A stretch of DNA of 64,000 bases. Origin: the human T2T-CHM13v2.0 reference genome, Homo sapiens. The notes beneath the pieces are model-generated. The model saw only the letters and a list, made by a program, of their open reading frames with translations. It was not told where the DNA came from and did no database searches. The stretch's first letter is position 1; every line of letters starts with the position of its first letter. The position numbers and the translations under genes were made by a program. Location: assembly GCF_009914755.1 (NCBI RefSeq), contig NC_060928.1. One strand, given 5' to 3'. Shown here piece after piece: positions 47,571 to 60,625 of the stretch.

Positions 47571-48945
47571 GCTATGCTGTTTTATCTCTGAAGATGTAAA
47601 AGGACTGGACAAACAGTATTATTTTGGTGTATGTGGCTGTGGAATTATTACATTCAGATGATTAAGATTGCTGGCAATTTCGGCCACTTTTTCAATTTTT
47701 GCATTTTGAAAAAGTCAATTTGATTTTTAAAGACTTGCATAGATCCCACCACAGTTTTACTTTCAGATTTCATTGAATGAACATTTTCTTAATCCTTTTT
47801 TTTCCCCTTTCGCTTGCTTGCTAGTGGATTTTCAAGTGATGGTGTGACAAAAGGGCCAAAGGGCTGTGTACACCAATGATTCCTGTAAATCCCATTGAAA
47901 GAGACACTCTGGATGACAGGAAACACTGCGTAATGACTGAAGTATCAATGAATGATTGATGCTATAATTAGTATTAATATTAATTATAGATTTTTTTATA
48001 TTAAATAATCAAAAGGGCCTCAATTTCTGATAGCAGGGGAACAGTGAATTATATTATAAAATAGTTACTTAAGGGATAATTATCAAAAATTAAAATTATG
48101 ATTATAAAGATTACATGGTCATACGTATGTATGGAAATGTGTAGAATACAGTGTTAGTGAAGAAAGCTAACTATTTCTGTGTCTTGAACCATGGCTTAAG
48201 ATGCATGGGTGAGGAGTGAATTCCTTTATTGAAGATAGGGAGAGTCTGTCCCAAAGCAGTCAAAGCATGGCTCTGCCTTCTCTCTTGAGAGCTGGCTTCG
48301 AGAATGAGCTATGTGCTGGGTAGGACATAAGTGGAGCCCTTTCTCACGGGGAAGGTTGGCCACTACTGTGGCGCCTTCTTGTGTGTTCCCTCCAGCACTG
48401 CTAGACAAGCCCGTCCTCGAAACAAATCTGGGGAAATTTATGCTGACACTTGGTTCCACATCTGGAAATGCTGAGGGTCAGTTATGATTCTTAGCATTGT
48501 GTTCATTCTCTTCTTAAGCAAAACTTCAACTTACCTTGCAGGCCAGTGCTCTTTTTTCCAGACACCCAAGGCATTCCAGCAATCTCCTTTCCCAAAACTC
48601 AATGGGTTTAAATGTTCAGGCCAGAAGACCTGCAATTTCCAGTGTTTTCCATTGCAGAACTTTAGACCTGGATCTGCTACCTGTTAGGTTCTGGCCTTAA
48701 GGAGATGTATTTTAAATAGTACTCCCTGGATGAATGATACCATTTACATTTTTTTCTTCAAAGAACTTCATGTGTCTTTTAGGAACTGATTAAACTTGGC
48801 AATTAAGATCCCATGCCTTAGGCCTTTCTGACGGGAAAATGTTAAAAAGAAACAAATGAAAATTTTTATCAAGTTAGAAAACCAATGAAAAATAAAAGTG
48901 AATTAAAGGAAGTTTTTCTTGTTTTATTTTACATAAAAGAAAATG

Positions 48946-49113
48946 GGCCAGGAATGGTGGCTCACCCCTGTAATCCCAGCACTTTAGGAGGCTGAGGTGA
49001 GAGTATCACTTGTGCCCAGGAGTTGGAGACCACCCTGGGCTACATGGTGAAACCCCAGCTCTACCAAAAATACAAAAACTAGCCAGTCTCATAACCCAGT
49101 CTCAAAAAAAGAT
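48946..49113 (+). mobile_element. Shortened AluJ-like element (left arm, linker and atypical 3' end)
   Basis: Left monomer, then aaaaatacaaaaactagccagtctcataacccagtctc and A tail; TSD aaagaaaatg at 48936-48945 and 49114-49123. Confidence 0.9.
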
Positions 49114-49522
49114 AAAGAAAATGATCAGCTAAAGGAAATGGAAGAATCATCTACTTCACAATTAAGAGAGTTTTATCTTTATTTTTCCTATCTTTTGCTT
49201 CATGGTTTGTATAATTCATCTTTCAGTGGAGGGAAAAAATTGTTTATGTGTACTTTGACCTAGTTAGAGAAAAGGGGGGAGAGCAATTAAACATCAAGAA
49301 GTACTTTGTTCATCAATAAACTGCTATTCAAAAGGGCTGCACTAGCTCTCCACCCCCACCTCTTGTTTTCAATGTCATAATTATTTATAGGGCCAGTTGG
49401 AGTCTCAACTCTGCTAAAACAATTTATTCGAGGGCCTCAGCCCTTATCCCAAGCACAACACTGCCCCATTAGGCTTCTGGGCAAATGTTTGTTCATATGG
49501 GTCCTAACTCAGCTGTCAGTTA

Positions 49523-49528
49523 TGTGAG

Positions 49529-49579
<51 letters not shown>

Positions 49580-49648
49580 AAGAGAGAGACAGAGAGAGAG
49601 AAAGAGAGAGAAAGAGAGAGCGAGAGCACGCACACACGTGAGAGAGAG
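49523..49648. repeat. Compound (TG)n(AG)n microsatellite
   Basis: Read directly. Confidence 0.96.
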
Positions 49649-50106
49649 GTGGCGAGGGTTACTCTTAATCTGGGTTTTTCTGGAACATCTGAGCACATAT
49701 TGTGGCTGAGCACTATGAATGATACAGTAACACAAGGTGAGAATCTCTTCCTTTTTCTGTGCCAATAAGTTAGTCCTGACACTGCCAGAGAGACAAATCC
49801 TCCACCCACTGTCCACCAAAATGGGAAGGCCGTAGGCATTTGATTTGCCATGGCCAATGAAACAAGACCACCTCTGAGAAGAGCACATGTGTGTTGGGTG
49901 GGGTCAAGATATCCTCACTGGATATAGACATCCAGGCCTCATGTTCCTTGACATGGTAGTATTCAGGAAAGCTTTGAAAATCTGTTTTGGCCTAAAGTGC
50001 ATCTGACACTAGGCAAGTAAACACACTATAAAAACTGAACGCCAGACCCAGCACCCTGGTGTGGTATTTCCTTAGACCTCAAAAGTCTGATCAAAGAAGG
50101 AACATA

Positions 50107-50156
50107 TTAGCTTAGTGAAAAAGTAATTGTGGTTTTTACCATTACTTTCAATAGCA
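50107..50156. mobile_element. Partial MADE1 (Hsmar1 MITE)
   Basis: ta|ttagcttagtgaaaaagtaattgtggtttttaccattactttcaatagca. Confidence 0.8.
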
Positions 50157-50385
50157 TAGAGGTTAAAAATATGGACTCTGGAGCCTGACTTCCTGCATGT
50201 GGGTCCCTGCCCTGCCACTGATTAGCTGGGTAACCTTAGGTAAGTGACTTAACCTCTCTGTTTATTTTTCTGTAAACAGGAGATGCTAATTGTACTTACC
50301 TCATAAGGCTGTTAGGAGGATCCACATTAGCAAAATGTTTAAGCCAGTGCCTGGAAAGTGCTATGTGAGTGTTTGCCGAGTAAAA
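50152..50385 (+). mobile_element. MIR
   Basis: ggactctggagcctgac...ggtaagtgacttaacctctctg...acctcataaggctgtt. Confidence 0.85.
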
Positions 50386-50467
50386 TTAATAGATTTGTGA
50401 AACAATTTCATTCCCAGTCCCATCTGTTTTCACCCAGGGATTCTGTTTGATTTAAAAACAGTTATTA

Positions 50468-50836
<369 letters not shown>

Positions 50837-50859
50837 TCATTGGAAGTAGGAGCATTGAA

Positions 50860-51035
50860 GAGATGAGCATGATGAATCAGGGTTAAAATGTTAATTCCAC
50901 ACTCAATAACTATAGGGACTTGAGAAAGTTTCTTCACTTCTTTGAACTCAACTTATACATCAGTAAATTGGGAATAATGTGAACCTCTCAGGGATATCAT
51001 GAAGATGAAACTTATGTGTGAAAAGTACTCGGCAC
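50860..51035 (+). mobile_element. MIR fragment
   Basis: cacttctttgaactcaactt...gtaaattgggaataat. Confidence 0.55.
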
Positions 51036-52678
51036 TTAATCCAGTGGAAAAAATGGTTATCTTCTTGATAAGTTCCAGGCTGTATCTTTTTGCTTTAACC
51101 TCCTTGCATTCAACTCTTACAATCTTCTAAAGCCTGCCTGGCTCACTGATTCATAGTAGATTTCATAGTCTTCTTCTGATACAAACAGTTGAAACTTTAT
51201 CTTCTTTGGGTTGTTTTGCTATTATACACGTACTGGTGAGATCCAAAGAGTGGGCAAAAATTATATTGACTGCTAAGAATATTTTGAGAACAATACATTT
51301 CAGGAAAATCCTCGAGACCTGGGTTGCTCCTCTTTAAGATCAATCAGCAATGCGCCCTAGGGATTCTCTCACATTTCTGCCGTTTGCAAAACTCTATACC
51401 ATTAGGCAGATGTCACCCAGAGCTGCTTGTCTTTTTTCAACAGAATTTTTTTTGAAAGGTGAGCTTTTTAAAGAGAGTTTTTCTATATTATTTTTTCATT
51501 GAAAATTATAATTAAAAATGTGTCAAAATTATCCATGATTTTCAGCTGCCTGACATTTGTCTCACATATGTTTCTTTTTAACACAAATTTTTTTTTCTCC
51601 TCAAAGTCAAGTTTAAGACCTCAAATCCTTCTTTAAAAAGTATTTAAAAGATTGAGCAAGTTGCTCTCCATGGGGTTTGCTGACGCAGGGGCTCCTGTGT
51701 TTGTTTTTACTAAAGAATGGCTGTTTCCCTGGTCTGGTTACTTTACTCTCTGTATTTTCCTTGGAAAAGTCACCAAACTGACCAACTGTCTCTCCTGGAG
51801 AGAAGAATCCTGTAGCTGTTAGTGTGCGAGCCACGATGTGCTTCTGTCACAGATAGACAAGCAAATCGCAAGCCCTGGAAGACCCTGGGCCGTTCCACTC
51901 CTCCTGGAATGCACTCTAAGCCTCAGAGACACCAATGTCCTCTCCAAAATGCCTTACTATCTGCCCTGTGTTGCTCCATGAAAAAATTAAGTTTCTGTGC
52001 TCAAGCAGGCTAGGAGAATCTTTGAGTTAACTTATGATGCAAATTATGCTTCTTTTCTCAACGTTACAATGCAACATTAACATATGAAAGTTGCCATCAG
52101 TTTCTTAGTCAAGAAATTTAACGTTGCCTCATGCTAACTAGAATTGTTTAACCTGGAAGCCCACTTTTCAATGTTATCTATTGCAAGCCTGGGAACTTGG
52201 GGTTCTACAGAAGATACCTTGGGAACCTGTGTTATATTAAAGAGTGCTATGACTTGGAAAGTCAGCTGGACTCAAGCTAATGTGCCAAGAATGGTTCAGA
52301 GTGACAATTTGTCCATCTTCATCAAAGCTCCTCTCCCTCTCACCAACTCTGGCTTGGAGAATCCTACTCCTTTAAGCCCACACCAGCATGGTTCAAGAGT
52401 GGAGATGCAACAATGGAATACCATTCGGCCCTAAAAAAGAAGCCAATCCTGCCATTTGCAGGATGCTATGCTGATGGAAATAAGTCAGTCCCAGAAGGAC
52501 AAAGACAACATGCTTCCACTTACAGGAGGTAAATAAAATCATCTAATTCATAGAAGCAGATAGTAGAATGGTGGTTGCCAGAGGCTACAGGAGGGGGATA
52601 TGGGGAAACATTGTTTAGCGATAAAAGTTTCAGTTATGCAAGATGGATACGATCTTCTGCTGAACATGGTGGCTGTAG

Positions 52679-53105
<427 letters not shown>

Positions 53106-53190
53106 TAGAGGCGGTAGATATGTTCATTACCTTAATTGTGGTGGTGTTTTCATCGCTGTATGCATATGTCCAGGCTCATCAAATTGTATA

Positions 53191-53484
53191 TAGTCAGCCC
53201 TCTGTATCTGCAGGTTCCACATCTGTAGATTCAACCAACCTCAATTGGAAAATATTCAGAAAAAAAAACAATGAAAAATAGCCATCCAACAATAAAATAA
53301 TACACATATTAAAAATACAATTCACATAGCATTTACACTATATTAGGTATTATAAGTGATCTAGAGATGATTTAACATTTATGGGAGGATGTGCATAGGT
53401 TATATGTAAACACTTCGCCATTTTACATAAGGGACATGAGCATTATGGATTTTGGTATCCTCAGAGGTCCTGGAACCAATCTCC
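53191..53484. mobile_element. Tigger3/MER2-like DNA transposon
   Basis: ta|tagtcagccctctgtatctg...gattcaaccaacc...ggtcctggaaccaatctcc; right inverted repeat missing. Confidence 0.85.
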
Positions 53485-53666
53485 TGGTGTTTGTTTGTTA
53501 AATATCTGCAGTTTGTTGCACATCATTTATGCCTCAATAAAGCTGTTTTTTTCAAAAAAGTGTGAGTATGCCAGTGAGTATGAGTATGTGCACTGTGCCC
53601 ATTTATGTGGTCACATTCCAAAATCAGATGTATGATTTAGGTTATTTATCACTTTGCAGTACTTAC

Positions 53667-53728
53667 TCCTCATTTTCACCTTGTTTGCACTGATAATTTA
53701 GATTGAGTTAGATATCTGGAGAGAATAT
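53667..53728 (-). other. Candidate 62-nt exon
   Basis: cactaat-tttgttctattttcttacag| ... GAGGA|gtaagt. Confidence 0.4.
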
Positions 53729-53989
53729 CTGTAAGAAAATAGAACAAAATTAGTGTTATAGCAGAAGGTGAAAGCAACGCCATCGCAGCACACCAGCCAT
53801 GAGGATCCATAAGTTCTGCAGCTGTCCTGCTGAAACTGCCACCACCACCAAACTGCCCACTGTGTGAATTTGGTCTGGTTTCCTGACATGTATTTACCTC
53901 CTCTTCCTGCACCCCCAATCCCTGCAAAAATAGGACCGATTAAGATCAAGATATATTTTGGCTTGTTCAATAACTTCTATTTATCTTGA

Positions 53990-54520
53990 AATAAAGTTCA
54001 GCCTTTCTAAATGTTCCGCAAATCTCTGCAAGATCTGACCCCTGCCTTCACTCTTTTCCTGCTTCATGTGTTAGAATCTAGGCGTTTGTTATTTTCTCCC
54101 AGTTCCTACAATACACCATGCTTTCTGCAATTCCCTCTGCTTGAAGGTCTGTAGCTCATTCCCTTCCCTCACCAAATTCTCCCTGGCCCCCACCACAGCC
54201 TTGTGCCTAGCTGATTGCCCCTCATCTTTTATGTCATTGTCTAGACATCATTTCTTCCAAGAAGCCTTTCCTGACCCTTCCACAGAACTGGGTTGGCTGA
54301 CCCTTCCCTGGCCTCCCTTAGCAACTACACTACCCATTTCATTGCATTCCCAGCCCTCCACTATAACTGAGTCTGCTTATTGACCTGTATTCGCCACGGG
54401 ACTATAAACTCCACAGGGGCAGAAACTCACTCTGCATTATTTGCCATTATACCCCCAGGGCCTAGCCCAGAACCTCTAACGCAGCAGCTGTACAATAAAC
54501 ACATGTTGAATGAATGAATC
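53990..54520 (+). mobile_element. L2 3' end
   Basis: agaagcctttcctgacc...ctataaactccacaggggcag...gttgaatgaatgaat. Confidence 0.85.
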
Positions 54521-54544
54521 AGTCAGTAAGTGGATCAATCTTAC

Positions 54545-54706
54545 CCTTGTTGCAACATATAATAGTATGATTCTATCATCAGAGTCCCAAACCTCAGATT
54601 CTCATTTCCCAATTTTTTAGATGAATGGTATAATACAGTCCAACTACACAGTCTTTCTGAAGTTATCTTCCTCAAACACATAGGTGTGTGTAGCTGGGAG
54701 GGCTCC
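54545..54706 (-). other. Candidate 162-nt exon
   Basis: ctttgtttttgtcaattacag|GGAGCC ... CAAGG|gtaaga. Confidence 0.35.
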
Positions 54707-54977
54707 CTGTAATTGACAAAAACAAAGTATAGCCTCATGTTTCCTGCCTGCCTGTGTTGAGTCAACCAGCTAGGGCTATGCTTTACTTTACCATAGATTT
54801 TATATCTAAATCATACTTCATCAGACGTTATATCTAAATCATCAGATTCAAAACAATTTAACTGGACCTACACTCAGTCTTGCCAGAAAATCTGCTTCCC
54901 GTTTTCATGACAAGTCATGCATGCTCTGGGGCTTTCAGAATCTTGCTTCTATTTTTTTAGTCTCATTGCATAATAAA

Positions 54978-55045
54978 ACACAGATACACATAGTCACACA
55001 CAAGCTCAACGACACAAATACACATAGTCACACACAAGCTCAACG
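54978..55045. repeat. 34-bp tandem duplication
   Basis: acacaRatacacatagtcacacacaagctcaacg twice, 33/34 identical. Confidence 0.92.
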
Positions 55046-55844
55046 AGACCCATGTTTTTCACTGTTCTTTTACAAACTGAAATGCAATCTTATCCAGCTG
55101 CCAAATGCATATTCTAATAAGATGACAAGAAATTATTTCCCTAATTCAATAATGAATCAGTCTGTGTCAGACAGGACTGTTCACCACAACTCCCTTCCTG
55201 GTTGGAAAGCAAAGCTTGTAAGCTGGATGGTTTCAGAGAAACAAATTGCTCCTGGCTGCAAAATGCGATGACTGTGTAGTTGACCAAGAAAAACACAAAA
55301 ACACCCCTAGGAGATGAATTACTTGAAATTAGGAAGGCTGCATTCCTAGAGCCAGATAGCAGAACTATTTCGCCCCCATAAGACATGATGCTGGAGTTAG
55401 TCAGGCATTTCCAGGATTCATGCTTTGTGGGGAAACATGTTGACCCCATTGCAGAAAAGTGTTCTGAGAGGGACACGTTGTAAGCATAACCACTGCATAC
55501 TGAAGGTTTTGAATAGTATTAAGGGAAGGCTTTCTCCAAAAACTCTGCCACCACTTCAATGACTGGAATTATGGAAAGTTTTATGGCAGTGGGAGATGGC
55601 TCAGGAATAGGATTGTAAAAGGACTCTCCACCCAAAACTGTAGATTGGCCACTGACCATATGCTTTACCCTTTCAGTTCTCTGGGTTGTCCAAAACCCAG
55701 GAAGATAATCTTCCTTTGTTACTGTACTGCAGGTTGCTCAGCTCTCAAAGCTCATTCTTCGCTCTTTGTATTACTATAGGTACGTACCATCAGTTAGAAG
55801 GTGTCAAAGAATGTAGGGAATGACTTGTAGGGAGGGCTGGCATA

Positions 55845-56452
55845 TGAATTAGAGTAATAGTAGATGCTAAAACAGGTAAACTCCAAAGTCCCTGTGGCTT
55901 AACACAGTGAAAAATGTTAGAGGCTAACCAGCTGGAGATGGGAGCATAGCAGGAGGCCATATCCAGAGACCCAGACTGATGGGGGCTCTGCCTTCAATAT
56001 ATGGCTTCCAAAGTCACCCTGGGCATGGACATCCAGTCAGCCTATGGATGAAGATGGAACATGGAAGACTGTATGTGAGCTTTCTATGGACCTGGACTGG
56101 AAGTGGTGTAACCCACTTTTACCCACAAAACTCAAGCACTTGGCTCCACACAGCTGCAAGGAAAGCTAGGCAAGTGGTCTGGCTTTGGGTCCAGGAGGTA
56201 GAGGAAACAGGTTTTTGGTGAACATATACCATTCTTGGCCACTGTTCAACACTTTAGTCACCAAATATCTATTTCACATGTTCTCCCACATCAACAACAA
56301 ACTTTCCCCTTCCCCAAGAGAGATAACCCAAAGTCCCACCCAATCACTTCAAAGGACAGCACCTTGAAGGGGTACTAACTCCTTTCTGTCTATCATATCC
56401 AGATGCAGCTCCTTGTGATCCAGTCACCTTTGAACTAAATATCACATACACA

Positions 56453-56491
<39 letters not shown>

Positions 56492-57540
56492 TACAGTGGG
56501 AAACAGAATAACCACAATGAATACTCCCATTCACAGATAGGAAGGATGGCGAATACTCAGCAGTCACTGGGATATAAGCAATGACAGAATCTTGGTGGGC
56601 AAGTATTAGAAAAACTTCTACTCTGACGCTAGGAGAGCTTTCTTGATTAGACCCTGGTTCTGCTCTCTGAGAAGAACATTAGACAGAGGTCTACTTTTCT
56701 CCATGACCCATGGCTCTACCCTCTGGGACATTCCTGCTTGTTCCTCATGACCTCCTTGGCTACATTTGAAGTGGATGTTGGAAAGTATGCCATCTTTAGA
56801 GGTCAAAACTTGTTCCCGTGGGTTCAAATTTGGGGTCCCAAATGTTATTTTAAGTCTTAATTGAGAAAATGATTTTTTAGTCCAGGTTTATATTTCTTTG
56901 TTCATATTTCTTTGGCAATAAAATTTCCTCAAAACATAGTATGTTTCCTATGTATCTGTTTCCAATTACCTGCCTATGTCAGTTCTTAAAAATAATTCTC
57001 AAGTCGGATACAGTTCTTTGCTTCTTTGGCCTTATTTGACTCTCTCTCAATTTAATGTCAACCAGCTTGAGGCCATGCAGCTTGGATAGAAAAGCCATAT
57101 ACCTAATCTGATCTTTGCTATAAATCTGAATCTCAGTGAGCCATTATTGCTTTAAAAGTTTCTCAATATTAGTTCCTACTGTTTGAGGCCTAGAAGCAGA
57201 TGAGTTTTTAAATCTTTCAATACCCAAATATCTGGACTCCATAGATTCATTTTTATTTATGATTTCAAATCAGCAAATCTTTGTCTGAACTAATCCCTTT
57301 CTTTGATAAGGAAAGGGATTACTTTGATATTTGATAAATGCATCCAGTCACAACAAACACACACTGTTAACATTCTACTTTCCAATCTTTGTTCTTAAAG
57401 TAATGTTGATAGGTACTTGGTCTTCCTGCCAAATGAGCTCAAGTACAGTTTTAATAAATGCTTTGCCACTACAGGTCATGGATCTTAGACTATCTTTCCA
57501 ACCTCCAATAACACTACCTACCACCTGACTACTAAAAATG
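55845..57540 (-). mobile_element. MLT1I/J-like LTR (55845-56245) plus MLT1 internal remnant; (CA)n at 56446-56489
   Basis: gtggcttaacaca...tggcttccaaagtcacc...ctgcaaggaaagctagg LTR motifs, then internal-like gtcaccaaatatc...tcccacat. Confidence 0.65.
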
Positions 57541-57544
57541 TTAC

Positions 57545-59800
57545 TTAATTTAATCGGAATATTTACTCCATTGATATTTAGTGTAGTTAATGATATACTA
57601 GGGTTTTATTTACATCTTACTATTTATTATAGGTGACTCATTTATTCCTTTTTATCTCTTTTCTTGCCTTCTTTGATTAATCAACTCTGTGATTATTCTA
57701 CTTTTTTCTTAATTTAATAGTTAAACACACTTAGTTATTCATTTAGTGGTCACTTAGACATGAAAAATGTGTCCTTCACTTATTACGCTGTAGTACAAAT
57801 TACTATTTTTACCAATTCCTACATAATGTGAAAGCTTTAGAAAACTTTAACTCCAGTTATACCATTTCCAACTTATGTATTAATGTTGCCCTGAATATTC
57901 TATCCATATATTATACAATTAATATTTAATCAGTATTTGTTTATATGTATCAGCATACAGATAGCAATATTTCTGTTGCTCTTTAATTTCTTCTTACAAT
58001 TCTGGGTTCTCCCTGGGATCACTTTCCTTCTCTCTCAAGAATTCATTTTAGAATTTCTCTTATTGAGGGCTTGCTGGCAACTAAATCTCTTATTTTTGTT
58101 CATCTGAAAATGTCTCTTTTCCCTTGATTTTTGAAGGCAATTTTCTTGGGTTATGGAATTGTGGATTAATGTCTTTCAGCGTTTCAAAAATGTCATTTCC
58201 TTGTTTTGAAGTTAGTTGTCAGACTTGTTTTTGCTTCTTTGAAAGTAATGTGTTTTTCTCTAGCTGTTTTTGAGACTTTTCTCTTTGCCCTTAATTTTTA
58301 GCAGTCTTACTATGATATATCTAGATGTGACTTTTTATTTATTTATTTAGAGGCAGGGTCTTGCTCTGTTGCCTAGGCTGGAGTGCAGAGGTGCAGTCAT
58401 GGCTCACTACATCCTTGACATCCTGGGCACAAGTGATCCTCCCGGAAGCTCAGACTCCCAAGTAGCTGGGACTATAGGCATGTGCCACCATGTCTGGCTA
58501 TCTGTTAAATTATTATTATTTTGTAGAGATGGGGTCTCTCTATGTTTCCCAGGCTGGTCTCAAACTCCTGGGCTTAATCAATCCTCCTGCCTCAGCCTCC
58601 CAAAGTGCTGGGATTACAGACATGAGCCAACATGCCCAGCCTAGATATGACTTTCTTTGCATTTATTCTGTTTGGGATTTGCAAAACTTCTTAAATCTGT
58701 GGGTAAATATCTTTCATCAGTTTTGAAAAATTCTCAATTACTATCTCTTCAAATACTGTTTTGTTCTATTCTCTCTCTGACCCACTATTTCTCTCTGCTC
58801 TCCTACTGCTACTCCAGCCACACATATGCCCCACATATTTCAATGATCTTTCTTGTAGTCTCATTCTTTTTTTCTCTGTGTGCTTCAGTTTGGTTATTTT
58901 TCAGTTGACCTATCTTGTGTTTCACAAATCCCATCTTCTGCTGTGTTTATCTGCTGTTAAATACATCTAATGAGCTCTTAATTTCAGGTATTGTGCTATT
59001 CTTCTAGAATTTGATTTTATTAGATTGTTTCTTGTAGATGCCAATTCTCTGTGAAATTCTATTTTATCATCTGTTTTTCCTACCTTTTCCTCTATTTTTA
59101 TAAATATAGGTGTCATAGTTATTTTTAAGTTCTTATCAGGTAATTCCATTATGGATCTGTTTTGATGGTCTGGTTTTTTTTTATTCTTATCATCCTGTCT
59201 TTTGACATAACCAGCAATTTTTTTAGTCCAATGAAGGACACTGAATATAAAAGGTATAGAGACTCCAGATGATGCTATCATCTTTCAAAGAGCATGTATT
59301 CTACCTTCCATTAGACCAATAGATGCTGTTATATCAAAGTTCTGTTGCAGCTCCCACAGCTTTAATACACCTCTTATTTGCCCCTGAACTTTAAGGTTTT
59401 TAACTGAGAACCTAATACATTTTACCCAGCCCTCCTCCAGGCAGATCTTGAGCCAAAATTCTGCTCTGATTTTCAAAGGCTGTCCGCTAATATCTGTGAT
59501 CTCCCATTTAGTACAGACCTCCAATTATGCAAAAATCCTCAAGGGATAGGAAGTCTTGTGCTTGAGGCCTTCAATTCTCTTCTGAAACATGCAGCTCTTG
59601 CTCTTCTGAAAGGTACAAACCTGAGATTTTTAAGCTTTCAGCCAGAGCCCAAATATGGCAAATACTCCTAGGATTATATTGGATGTCGAAGTCAGTTCAA
59701 TTCTCTGAGGTCACTCCTCTCTGAAGTCTTATCCCTAAAGTTGTTAAAGCTGATGAGCTTGTCTCATCAGCTCTCCAGACCTCTGAATCTCCCAGGGAAG
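57545..59800 (-). mobile_element. Ancient L1ME/MC 5' and ORF1 region
   Basis: T-rich degenerate ORF1, e.g. ggcttgctggcaactaaatctct...ctgaaaatgtc; boundaries approximate. Confidence 0.65.
58335..58641 (-). mobile_element. AluJ
   Basis: J-type diagnostics; TSD tagatgtgacttt / tagatatgacttt. Confidence 0.94.
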
Positions 59801-59835
59801 ATCTTTCTGTGTGTATGAGATTTATGTTTAAAATC

Positions 59836-60490
59836 AATTTATTTATTTTAATTGACAAATAAAAATTGTATATATTTGTCATGTACAACATGATGTTTCA
59901 AAATATGTATACATGGTAGAATGCCTAAATCAAGCTATTTATCATATCATATTCATTGGCTTACATACTTACCATTTTTTGTGGTAAGAATACTTAAAAT
60001 CCACTCTCTTAGCAATTCTCACTAATACATGTTGTTAACTATAGTCACATGTACAATAGATCTCTTAAATTTTTCCTCCTATGTAACTGAAATTTTGTAA
60101 CCTTGATAAATATCTCTCCAACTCCAAATCCCTTCCAGCCCCTGGTAACCACTATTTCACTTTATACTTCTGTGAGTTTGATTTTTTAGATGTCACATAT
60201 GAGTGAGATCGTGTGGTATTTGTCTTTCTGTGCCTGGCTTATTTCACTTAACATAATGTCCTCAAGATTCATTGATTTTGTCACAAGTGACAGAATTTCT
60301 TTCTTAAGGCAGAATAGTATTCCACTGTGCATATATACCACATTTTTTGTCCACTCATCCATTTATAGACACTTAGGTTGATCCCACATTTTGGCTATTG
60401 TGCATAATGCTGCAATGAACTTGGGAGTGCTCTTAGACATACTGATTTTCTTTCCTTTGGATATATAGCCAGTAGTAGAATTTCTGGATC
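59836..60490 (-). mobile_element. L1MA 3' end
   Basis: tgtacaacatgatgttt...cccctggtaaccact...gtatttgtctttctgtgcctggcttatttcactt. Confidence 0.9.
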
Positions 60491-60504
60491 TGGGAGATCT
60501 GGAT

Positions 60505-60625
60505 TAAACTTCAGGTTCTCAGGCCATGTACTCAGGCCATCTCAGGGGATTTTGAGAATGCGGGGCTTGTGGGACAGAGTCTAGAAATCTTCCCAGATGA
60601 TTTGATGCAGCTAGACCAGGGATTA
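60505..60625. mobile_element. MER5-like fragment
   Basis: cttcccagatgatttgatgcagctag. Confidence 0.45.

Noticed and set aside
48358-48376. CTCF-like ggccactactgtggcgcc
   Set aside because: The core spacing is off by one base and the AG is missing.
49485-49888. CVCV/ERER/HTHT-rich ORFs
   Set aside because: They are microsatellite translations.
50293-50301. Perfect minus-strand donor GAG|GTAAGT
   Set aside because: It lies inside a MIR and I found no paired acceptor.
54978-55045. CRISPR-like repeat
   Set aside because: Two adjacent copies with no spacer, in primate DNA.
59748-59772. 10-bp stem hairpin agctgatgag / ctcatcagct
   Set aside because: It is isolated, has no RNA-gene context and is plausible by chance in 64 kb.
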